Assembly: GCA_039591655.1 (NCBI GenBank)
Contig: JBDHDE010000018.1
Location: 1-53,347 of the forward strand
DNA length: 53,347 bases
From: Gemmatimonadota bacterium
Lineage (GTDB): Bacteria > Gemmatimonadota > Gemmatimonadetes > Gemmatimonadales > GWC2-71-9
Direction: 5' to 3'
Below, piece by piece: positions 44,290-52,690 of the stretch. The notes beneath the pieces are model-generated. The model made no database searches and was not told the DNA's origin. It saw nothing but the letters and a program-made list of their open reading frames with translations. Within the stretch, counting starts at the first letter, position 1; each line of letters opens with the position of its first letter. The translations under genes and the position numbers were made by a program.

Positions 44290-46944
44290 TCAGTCAACTT
44301 CAACCAGCGGCAGCGGCTCCACGAGGATGGTCACCACTTCCCGTGGCGCTGCCTCGAAGGGAATGCGCTGTCCCTCCTCGGGGATCACGATCTCGCGGAG
44401 CCGGGTCTCGTCGAGCCGGGCTCGGTGGGCCCGGTCGATCTCGAAGGGAATGGTCCACGCACCGCTCACGCGCCGCTCGGTCACGTTGGCGCAGCGCAGC
44501 ACCAGTGCGTCACCACTCTCGCTCGGCTTCACCGCCTTGAGCACCAGCCCCACGCCGGAGAGGGCGGGGCCTTCCACGCTATCAGGCACGCCAATGCCAT
44601 ACGGAAGCATCAGGCCGGCCAGGGGCGCATGGAACTCCTCTGCCAGCCTCTCGAGCTCGGCCCACTCTGAGGCGCCGCTCCCCGCGTCGACCGTCCGGGT
44701 GGTGATTGCCAACTCGGCTCGGAACGCGCCGAGCTGCTGCGCCTCGGGCGTCGCCGTGGGCCAGCCGGCGTGTCCGGGACGGGCCTCGAGCTCACCGCGG
44801 GACAGCTCACCGACGGCCCGGAGCAGCGTGACCGCCACGGTTCCGTCCGCCGTCAGCTCGTACTCGTACAAGCCGCGGGCGAGCACCGTGAGGCCGCCGG
44901 GCACGCTCACGTAGCGGTGCAGCGGCACGGTATCGACGGGCCACTCGCGGCGGAACTCCCGCCGGTCGAAGTCCCGCCGCTCATGCCAGACCGGGCCGTA
45001 TTGCGAGTCCGCGACTGATTGGGTGCGGCTGCTCCCGTCGGGCAGCGGGAAGTGGATCCGCAGCCGGTGGTTCCCCGCCAGATTGACACCTTCGACCACG
45101 AAGCGCACCAGCGTCGACCCGGCATCGAGCCGGGCATACACGGTGCCGCAAGCGCGACCGCGGATCTCGAAGTCACGCGCAACCGCCGCCACCAGCGGTC
45201 CGCCCCATGCCGCCCGCACCGTGCTCCACCGCGCCCCGCGCGGCCGATCACCCTCGACCGGCTGGAACGTGTAGCTATCCCCCTCGTCCCGCTCGCTGAC
45301 GATGGAGGCGAGCTGCGGATACTCCCGCCCCACGCTACGATCGCGCAACGCGAAGCCGCCAACGCTGTCGGTGCCGACGTCCCCCCAATCGGCTGCCGCA
45401 CGACGGCGGCCGCTCACCCACACGCGGTGCCGCTCGACCTCGCAGGGCTCGCCTTTGCGGGCCGCGAAGCCACTCATCCCCAGGGCGGGCACGTCCCGCA
45501 CCTCGATCGCCACCCGGAACGCCGCCACCTCATGCTGGATGGGGTAGTCCGCCGGACTGTCCAACCGGTGATAGCCGCGGTACCAGTACAGCACCTGCAT
45601 GGGAACCGGGACCCCGGCCGCGTCCACGAGCACCGGCGGCGCGGGCCACTCGGAGGCCACCTTCCGCTCCGCCGCGGGGCGGCCGATGACCAGGCGTCGC
45701 CGCGGTACGGTGAGGGTCGCTTCCACCACGCCGCTCAGTGACCGTGCCGCCGGGTTGAGCACCACCAGGGTCGGCTGCCAGCGCTCCTCCCGGTGCCGTG
45801 CAAGCGCGCGGTCCTGCCCCAGCCGGTCGTGGAGCGCATCCAGCAGGATGCCCCGGGCCTCGGTCGTCACCCGCCGCGCCCGCGTCGCCGCGTCACGCGC
45901 CACCTCGTCGCTGGTCGTCCCGCACACTGTATCGTGGAAGCAATTGCGCAGGTGCTCGCGCCAGGCCGCTCGCAGGAGGGGGCGTCGGTCGGGACCGCCG
46001 TCGATCCGCGCCAGAGCGGTCTGCGGCTCCGCCCAGCGCAGCAGCAGCCGCTCGCCCTCGGCGATCGCCTGCTTCAGGCGCGCGCGGGCGGACAGCGCCC
46101 CCTGGAGCATCCAGGAGTAGTGAGGCGAGAACCGCAGCTCGCCCCGCACCTCGGGCGCTTCCACTGCATCGGGAAGCGCGGCGAAATAGTCCGCCGGCGA
46201 GCCGAGCTGGAAGTCGTATCCCGGGGCGAGCTCGTTGAGGCGCGCGACGATCGATCCGATGCGCGGCTGCAGCGCGTGGTGGTCGGCGCCGTTCATCGCC
46301 ATGAGCACGGGCGCCGCCGCCCGCGCCTCCAGCGTGGCGCGCATCTCTTCCCAGCGCCCAGCCAGCGCAGCGGGATCCTCCGGGAGGTTGACGGCGATCT
46401 CGAAGCCCGCCGGTGGGAAGTGATAGGTCAACACCACTGAACCGTCCGGCCCGACCCAACGGAAGAGGTCCTTCTCCTGGCCCTGCTCTCCCCCGTACCC
46501 CCGCAACACGACGCCGTGCTCGATCCCGAACCCCGCGAGGATGGTGGGCAGCGCTGCCGGGTGGCCAAACGCGTCGGGGCTGTAGCCCACGGGCATCCAC
46601 CCGCCCCAGCGCCGTCCGTCCCAGCGGCCCACCAGGAGATTGCGCACCAATGTCTCGTCCGACGACAGCAGCTCGTCGGCCAGGACGTACCACGGCCCCG
46701 CAACGAGCTTCCCGGAATGCACCAAGGCCTCGATCCGTGACGCCTGCTCCGGCCGGACCGCCAAGTAGTCCTCCAACAGCACAGTCTGGCCATCCAGCAG
46801 GAAGGCCCCGTCCTCGGTCTCGAGCCGCTCCAGCGCGGCATCGAGCATCTCCACCAGCCGCTGCCGGAAGCGCGCCTCCGGCTCGTACCACTCGCGGTCC
46901 CAGTGGGTGTGGGGGACGATGATGACGGGGATTGGGGGACTCAT
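44290..46944 (-). CDS. Glycoside hydrolase family 38 alpha-mannosidase (MngB-like), cytoplasmic
   Basis: HTHWDREWY, LDGQ, GPWYVLADE, PDAFGH nucleophile motif, NGADH, FHDTVCGT, VTLLRAVG. Confidence 0.9.
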   Translation of the reverse strand: MSPPIPVIIVPHTHWDREWYEPEARFRQRLVEMLDAALERLETEDGAFLLDGQTVLLEDYLAVRPEQASRIEALVHSGKLVAGPWYVLADELLSSDETLVRNLLVGRWDGRRWGGWMPVGYSPDAFGHPAALPTILAGFGIEHGVVLRGYGGEQGQEKDLFRWVGPDGSVVLTYHFPPAGFEIAVNLPEDPAALAGRWEEMRATLEARAAAPVLMAMNGADHHALQPRIGSIVARLNELAPGYDFQLGSPADYFAALPDAVEAPEVRGELRFSPHYSWMLQGALSARARLKQAIAEGERLLLRWAEPQTALARIDGGPDRRPLLRAAWREHLRNCFHDTVCGTTSDEVARDAATRARRVTTEARGILLDALHDRLGQDRALARHREERWQPTLVVLNPAARSLSGVVEATLTVPRRRLVIGRPAAERKVASEWPAPPVLVDAAGVPVPMQVLYWYRGYHRLDSPADYPIQHEVAAFRVAIEVRDVPALGMSGFAARKGEPCEVERHRVWVSGRRRAAADWGDVGTDSVGGFALRDRSVGREYPQLASIVSERDEGDSYTFQPVEGDRPRGARWSTVRAAWGGPLVAAVARDFEIRGRACGTVYARLDAGSTLVRFVVEGVNLAGNHRLRIHFPLPDGSSRTQSVADSQYGPVWHERRDFDRREFRREWPVDTVPLHRYVSVPGGLTVLARGLYEYELTADGTVAVTLLRAVGELSRGELEARPGHAGWPTATPEAQQLGAFRAELAITTRTVDAGSGASEWAELERLAEEFHAPLAGLMLPYGIGVPDSVEGPALSGVGLVLKAVKPSESGDALVLRCANVTERRVSGAWTIPFEIDRAHRARLDETRLREIVIPEEGQRIPFEAAPREVVTILVEPLPLVEVD

Positions 46945-47027
46945 TCAGACATGCGGCACGCGGGGAAAGTGGAAGAGACAAGGGGGACGGGGTCGCGCAG
47001 ACAGGAGCTCCCCTTCCCGCTTCCCGA

Positions 47028-49103
47028 TCACCTGAGCCCCAACTCCCGCTTCGCCTCGGCCGGCAGCAGCGGAATCAGCTGGGCAATGGGCACGGCGAAG
47101 CCCATGCCCACCGCCTCCGCCAACCCCGCGCGGTGCACTGCCACGACCTCGCCATCGGCATTGAAGATCGGGCTGCCGCTCGATCCGCCCACCGTGAAGC
47201 CGTCGAAGTTGACCACGTCGCTGGTGACCTTGCGGAAGATGCCGGCGCTCATTGACGTGCGCACCGTGCGGGTGGCGTCCAGGGCGTTGCCGAACCCCGC
47301 GGGGAAACCGATGAGGGCGGCGGGCTCTCCCTGCCGCGCATTGGCTCCCGACCAGTCCACCTCCTGCACGTGGGGGCCGTCGAAGCCTCGGACTTTGAGC
47401 ACGCCCAGGTCGGGTCCCGAGGCCGTCGCGATCATCACCACGTCGGCCGGCTTCATCACGCGCTGATCCGCCATCGTCACGTAGACCGAGTCCGGGAGAC
47501 GTCCGCCGAGGGGGATCAGCACGTGCCGGTTGGTCACGAAAAAGCCCGAGCGCGTGAGGGCGAAGCCGGAGCCATCGTAGATCTCATCGCCGACGTAGAC
47601 GGCCACCAGCCCCACTGCGGACTGATTCGCCTGGGCGACGCCGGCGAGGTTGACCCCCTCCATGGCCCGCATCTGTGTGGCGATGGCCGCCGCCCGATCC
47701 TCGGCGGCCTGCATCGCCTGCCGCAGCGAGTCGAGCGCCGCGTTGGACCCCGAGGCCCGGGCGCGATTCAGATCCTGCCGCACGCGGTCCAGCTCCGCCT
47801 GTGCCTGGCGCTGGGCCGCCACCCCGGCCGCCAGCTGCTCCTCCAGGGAGGTCTCGGCGCGCTGCAAGGCCTGCTCCAGCGCGGCGGTGCGCTCCTGGGC
47901 CTGGGTGAGCGTCACCCGCAAGCTCTCGACCACCGCGGCAGGCGCCGAACTGGCACGTGCCTCCGCCAGCTCCTCCCGCAACAGCTGGTCCTCGGCATTG
48001 GCAGCCGTCAGGATCGAATCGGCGATCGCTTGCTGGCGCTCCAGCGCGACGCGCTGCTGCTCCTGCAGCTGAGTCGCGGTCTGATCCATCCGCCACTCGC
48101 TATAGTAGTACATCGCCGTCACCGCGACGCTGAGCAGGAGAACGAAGGTCCACACCACCCACCGCACGCGCTTCGCCGCCCTGCGGGAGGACTCGGCGAA
48201 CATCTCGTGGAGGAACACCGTGGCGCCCTTGCCGCCGAAGCTGCGGCGTGCCGCACCCAGTTTCTCGGCCACCCGGCCGGCGAGGGATTCTTCTTTCCGC
48301 CGCTTCGCCGAGCTGCGCGGCGCCTCGACCTCGGGCTGGCCGGGGAGAGCGAGACGGAAGACCAGGAGCTCGGTCCCCCCAGGACCTAGCTGGAGCCGAT
48401 CGCCGACGTGGAGCGGCCGCTCGCCCACCACGCGCTCGCCGCCCACGAAGGTCCCGTTGCGGCTCTGAGCGTCGCGCACCACCGCCGTGCCGTCGGGCTT
48501 GAGCACGATCTCGGCGTGGACCCGGGAGACCGATGTATCCTCCGAGCCCACCGGACGGACCTCGCACTCCTTGCCGCGTCCGATACGGACGCGGCCCTCC
48601 TGGACTCTGAAATCCCGGCGGCGCTTCTCATGCCGCAGCACCACCGTGAGCGCGGGCAGTGCGGGCGCCGCCTCTGGCCGGGAAGGCTCCGGTGCCTCGG
48701 AGGGAGCGCTGTCGATACCGCCCATGGGCAGCGTCTGCGCCGAGTGCTGCGCCTCCAGGGGTCCCTCGGGCACCGTAGGCTCCAAATGGCGCTTCGCGAC
48801 CTCCAGGACCCGGTACCGGGGGCCCCGCGTGCCCAACGAGATGACCACGCCCTTTGCAAGGGGCCGGGGAGCTCCCTGTGCCAGCCGCTGGTCGTTGAGG
48901 AATGTGCCGTTGCGGCTGCCCAGGTCCTCCAACCACCACCCGCCCTCCCGATGCACGATCCGGGCGTGGTTGCCCGAGACGACGCCGGCCACCTCGCCCG
49001 TGATCGCCAACTCGAACTCGGGATCGCGACCGATCCGCACCTCATCCTGCTCGAACTCCAGCGGCTGGTCGCTCTTCAGGTCTCGGAGACGTAGGAAAGG
49101 CAT
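47028..49103 (-). CDS. FHA-FHA-TM-coiled-coil-trypsin-like serine protease
   Basis: Two FHA domains (IGR..VSGNHA..SRNGT; IGR..VSRVHA..SRNGT); TM VVWTFVLLLSVAVTAMYYY; Ala/Gln/Glu heptads; protease triad TNRH, PDLG, GSSGSP. Confidence 0.88.
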   Translation of the reverse strand: MPFLRLRDLKSDQPLEFEQDEVRIGRDPEFELAITGEVAGVVSGNHARIVHREGGWWLEDLGSRNGTFLNDQRLAQGAPRPLAKGVVISLGTRGPRYRVLEVAKRHLEPTVPEGPLEAQHSAQTLPMGGIDSAPSEAPEPSRPEAAPALPALTVVLRHEKRRRDFRVQEGRVRIGRGKECEVRPVGSEDTSVSRVHAEIVLKPDGTAVVRDAQSRNGTFVGGERVVGERPLHVGDRLQLGPGGTELLVFRLALPGQPEVEAPRSSAKRRKEESLAGRVAEKLGAARRSFGGKGATVFLHEMFAESSRRAAKRVRWVVWTFVLLLSVAVTAMYYYSEWRMDQTATQLQEQQRVALERQQAIADSILTAANAEDQLLREELAEARASSAPAAVVESLRVTLTQAQERTAALEQALQRAETSLEEQLAAGVAAQRQAQAELDRVRQDLNRARASGSNAALDSLRQAMQAAEDRAAAIATQMRAMEGVNLAGVAQANQSAVGLVAVYVGDEIYDGSGFALTRSGFFVTNRHVLIPLGGRLPDSVYVTMADQRVMKPADVVMIATASGPDLGVLKVRGFDGPHVQEVDWSGANARQGEPAALIGFPAGFGNALDATRTVRTSMSAGIFRKVTSDVVNFDGFTVGGSSGSPIFNADGEVVAVHRAGLAEAVGMGFAVPIAQLIPLLPAEAKRELGLR

Positions 49104-49112
49104 GTGTGCCAA

Positions 49113-49131
49113 AAGCTATGCCCGTTATCTT
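49113..49131. promoter_or_regulatory. Possible bidirectional promoter (back-to-back -10 boxes)
   Basis: TATCTT on + (49126-49131) and TAGCTT on - (49118-49113), each 9 nt from its ATG, in a 37-bp AT-richer gap. Confidence 0.4.
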
Positions 49132-49140
49132 TGAGGCGCT

Positions 49141-50913
49141 ATGACTTCAGCGGCAAGTGCGGGCCGTCGTCTCATCACCCCCGAGGTGGATCAGGTCGAC
49201 CTCTTCCGGCGCGCCGCGGAGGAGTTCGGCGGGAGCCACGAGATCCTCCAACTCGTCGCCGCCTCCCCGGAGCGGGCGCTCTTCCTCACGAGGGACATAC
49301 ACCTCAAGCGCCGCGTCGCGCTGCGCGTGCACCTGTGGCCCGACACCCCAATGCGCACTTGGTTCGTGCGCGAGACCGAGCTGCTCGCGGCCCTCGACCA
49401 TCCCGTGATGCGGCCCGTCTATGCGGCGGGTCACCGGGGCGACTGGGCATTCCGCATGGCGAAGTGGATCGATGGCGAGAGCCTAACCGACACGGTGGCA
49501 CGGGGAGCCAGGCCGATCCCCTCTGTGCTGCACCTCACCCGTGATCTGGCCAGTGTGCTGGAGTACGTGCACGCCCAGAACATCGTGATCCGGAAGCTCG
49601 CGCCCACTACGCTGATGATCGAGAACACAGAGCGGGCGTTCGTGACGGACTTGCGCTTCGCCAACGTCTGTCTCGACGTGGCCGCTCCCGACCACGATCC
49701 GGTGGCCGTGCCCTTCCTCGCTCCGGAAATCCGGGAGGGCGAGGCCGGAGAGCCGGGGAGCGACATCTATTCGGCCGGCGCCCTGCTGTACTACGCCGCC
49801 ACCGGACAGCCACCGCCTCTGGACCCGGCGGAGCTGGTCCCGCCCCAATCGCTGCGACCAACGGTGCCCCGGGCTTTGGAGCGGGTGATCCTCCGGGCGC
49901 TCCAGCGAGAGCCGGCCAAACGCTACCTCACGGCCGCAGAGCTCGCCGAGGACCTCGTCGCGGAACTGGGCGAGCCGGTCTTGCCGACCCCCCTCGGGTC
50001 GGGAGGTGGCGCGACCGATGATCAGCTGGCATGGGAGAAACGGCTGCGGCGGGCGCTGGGCGACGACTACGAGCTGCTCGACGAACTCGGCTCGGGCGGT
50101 TTCGGGAGGGTGTACCTCGTACGAGACCTCGCCCTGGAGCGCGAGGCCGCGCTCAAGGTGCTGCACCCGTATCTCACGAGGGATCCCGCGGTGGTCGAGC
50201 GGTTCCGCCGCGAGGCGCGGGCCGCGGCCCAGCTCATGCATCCCAACATCGTGAACACCTACGACATCGGACGCCGCGCAGGTTTGATGTGGTACACCAT
50301 GGAGTACGTCCACGGCAAGAACTTGGGTCGGGTCATCGAATCCGAGGGTCCGCTGCCGTTGGACCGGGTGCTGCGTCTACTAGGTGAGGCGCTGGGCGCG
50401 CTACAGCACGCCCACGGGTGGGGATTGGTGCACCGGGACATCAAGCCGGAGAACCTATTGCTGGATGACGCCACCGGCGCGCTGCAGATCGCCGACTTCG
50501 GGCTGGTCCTGGCGATTACGGGCGCCGAGGGCATCGGCGGGCCGGTGTCCCAATCGGGGACGCCGGAGTTCGCCGCCCCGGAGCAGCTGCTGGGTGAGCG
50601 GGTGGACCACCGCGCGGATCTCTACTCCCTCACGCTGGCTGCCTACTACGCCCTCACGGGGACAACACCGTTCGGCGGCGGGACGGCCGAATCAGTGCTG
50701 GCCCGGCAGGCCGTGGGGCGGCTCCCCAGCATCACCGTGGTGCGCGACGACGTGCCCGAGCCGGTCATCAGGGTCCTGGAGAGGGGAGCGGCGCGGGATC
50801 CCGCCGACCGGTTCGAGTCCGCCGAGGCATATGCCCGTGCGCTGCGCGATTCCGCCGGCCGGGCGCAGGGAGCGCTCCCACGGTTCTTCCGCACGCTGTT
50901 CGGGCAGACCTAG
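49141..50913 (+). CDS. Tandem pseudokinase-Ser/Thr kinase
   Basis: Domain 1 is degenerate (VALR, IRKLAPTT, DLR; keeps APE and SDIYS). Domain 2 is intact (GSGGFG, AALK, HRDIKPEN, DFG, GTPEFAAPE). No TM. Confidence 0.88.
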   Translation: MTSAASAGRRLITPEVDQVDLFRRAAEEFGGSHEILQLVAASPERALFLTRDIHLKRRVALRVHLWPDTPMRTWFVRETELLAALDHPVMRPVYAAGHRGDWAFRMAKWIDGESLTDTVARGARPIPSVLHLTRDLASVLEYVHAQNIVIRKLAPTTLMIENTERAFVTDLRFANVCLDVAAPDHDPVAVPFLAPEIREGEAGEPGSDIYSAGALLYYAATGQPPPLDPAELVPPQSLRPTVPRALERVILRALQREPAKRYLTAAELAEDLVAELGEPVLPTPLGSGGGATDDQLAWEKRLRRALGDDYELLDELGSGGFGRVYLVRDLALEREAALKVLHPYLTRDPAVVERFRREARAAAQLMHPNIVNTYDIGRRAGLMWYTMEYVHGKNLGRVIESEGPLPLDRVLRLLGEALGALQHAHGWGLVHRDIKPENLLLDDATGALQIADFGLVLAITGAEGIGGPVSQSGTPEFAAPEQLLGERVDHRADLYSLTLAAYYALTGTTPFGGGTAESVLARQAVGRLPSITVVRDDVPEPVIRVLERGAARDPADRFESAEAYARALRDSAGRAQGALPRFFRTLFGQT

Positions 50914-50921
50914 CAAGCCCC

Positions 50922-52010
50922 ATGCAGATGGCGCTGATCACCGCGACGCCCCAAACGGTCGAGGGGGGCAGCGGCACGTACGTCGCCACGGCCGCCCTCA
51001 AGCAGGGGCTCGAGCAACTGGGCCACGAGATCCGCGTGATTCGGCCGTCACGAGGCCCCGGCCGGCTGGGCTACACCGTGCACCGTTTCGCCTTCAACTG
51101 GGGAATCGGGCCCGCCGACGTCGCGGCCGCCGAGTTGGTAATCGGATTCGACATGGACGGCTATCGTCTCGCGGGCGGCCTCGACGCACCGTTCGTCACC
51201 TACATCCACGGACAGTTGGCCGACGAAGCCAGGTTCGAGCGCGGCGCCGTGGCCGCAACCATGCGACTTCAGGCCCGCGCCGAGCGGCGCAGCGCGCGCC
51301 GGGCCGACCGGGTAGTCACCGTGAGTGAGTACAGCCGAAGACGCATCGCCGAGCATTACGAGGTGGACCCGGCCCATATCGCCGTCGTCCCGCCGGCCCT
51401 CGATGCGACGCGTTGGCGGGAGGCGCTGCGGGACGCCCGGCCCCTGCGGGAAGCGTGGCCCCTCGTACTGTGCGTGGCGCGAATGTACCCCCGCAAGAAC
51501 ATCACGCTGCTCCTCCGGGCTACGGCACTGCTGCGGGAGCGGCTCCCGGAGGTGGTGCTGGAGATCGTGGGGGACGGCCCTGAGCGACCGCGCCTCGAGC
51601 GGCTGGCCCGGAGCCTCGACCTGGGGCGGCACGTCCGGTTTCTCGGCCAGGTCGACTTCCGCGCCCTGGTTGAGGCCTACGCCCGATGCGAGGTCTTCTG
51701 CCTCCCCAGCCTCCAGGAGGGGTTCGGGATGGTGTACCTTGAGGCCATGGCGGCAGGCAAACCCGTCATTGCCTGTCGCGGCACGGCGGTGGAGGAGCTG
51801 GTGGAGGACGGCGTGAACGGCCTCCTCGTGCCGCCTGGCGACGAGCGGGCACTCGCCGCTGCTGTGGAGCGGCTCCTGCGGGATCCGGAGGGATGCCGCG
51901 CGATGGGCGAGGCCAACCGGTTGCGAGTGGCGAACTACGCCCCCGGCGCGGTCGCGCGGCAGTTCCTCGATGCGGTCCCGAAACCCGAAACCGCGAGAGA
52001 AGAGAAGTGA
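50922..52010 (+). CDS. Glycosyltransferase family 4
   Basis: GGSG N-terminus, VARMYPRKN, PSLQEGFGMVYLEAMAAGKPVI. Confidence 0.9.
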   Translation: MQMALITATPQTVEGGSGTYVATAALKQGLEQLGHEIRVIRPSRGPGRLGYTVHRFAFNWGIGPADVAAAELVIGFDMDGYRLAGGLDAPFVTYIHGQLADEARFERGAVAATMRLQARAERRSARRADRVVTVSEYSRRRIAEHYEVDPAHIAVVPPALDATRWREALRDARPLREAWPLVLCVARMYPRKNITLLLRATALLRERLPEVVLEIVGDGPERPRLERLARSLDLGRHVRFLGQVDFRALVEAYARCEVFCLPSLQEGFGMVYLEAMAAGKPVIACRGTAVEELVEDGVNGLLVPPGDERALAAAVERLLRDPEGCRAMGEANRLRVANYAPGAVARQFLDAVPKPETAREEK

Positions 52011-52672
52011 CACGCAGCGAAGAGCACCAGCTCGCACGGGTGCGGGCCGTGTTCGACGATTGGGCAGCGCGGGGCCGCGCCGACGGCATGGAGCAGAGCC
52101 ACGCCCCATTCGTGCGCCCGGCATTCCAGCGCCTCGGGCTCCACCCTGAAGCCTGGTATCTCGACATCGGCTGCGGCAACGGGTACACCGTGCGTTGGGC
52201 GGCCCAGGCGGCCCCCCGGGGCCGGGCCGTGGGCATTGATCTCTCTGACGAAATGATCGCTCTCGCCAGGCGGCTCTCCACGGGATTCGACAACGTCGAG
52301 TTCCACCAATGCGCCTTCCCGGCGCACGCGCTGCCGCACGATCGGTTCGATGCGATCATCTCGATGGAAGTGTTCTACTACCTGCCGGACATGGGGGCGG
52401 CCCTCGAGGAGACGCGGCGGCTGCTCAAGCCCGGTGGACGATTCGCCTGCCTGGTGGACTTCTACGGTGAGAACGCGGCCAGCCACTCGTGGCCGGAGGA
52501 CGTCGGCGTCGCCATGACGCTGCTCGACGAGGCGGCATGGCGCCGAGCGCTCGAGGCGGCCGGCTTCGAGGTGGTCGCGCAGGACCGCATCAAGCTCCCG
52601 CCTGATGAGGCCTCCGAGCCCTGGAAAGCAACGGAGGGCTCACTCCTCACTCTCGGCCGCCGACCGGCGTAA
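52007..52672 (+). CDS. Class I SAM-dependent methyltransferase
   Basis: GTGA overlap start; LDIGCGNG, GIDLS, FDAI, LLKPGG. Confidence 0.88.
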   Translation: MTRSEEHQLARVRAVFDDWAARGRADGMEQSHAPFVRPAFQRLGLHPEAWYLDIGCGNGYTVRWAAQAAPRGRAVGIDLSDEMIALARRLSTGFDNVEFHQCAFPAHALPHDRFDAIISMEVFYYLPDMGAALEETRRLLKPGGRFACLVDFYGENAASHSWPEDVGVAMTLLDEAAWRRALEAAGFEVVAQDRIKLPPDEASEPWKATEGSLLTLGRRPA

Positions 52673-52690
52673 CGCGCATTGGAGGCCAGC

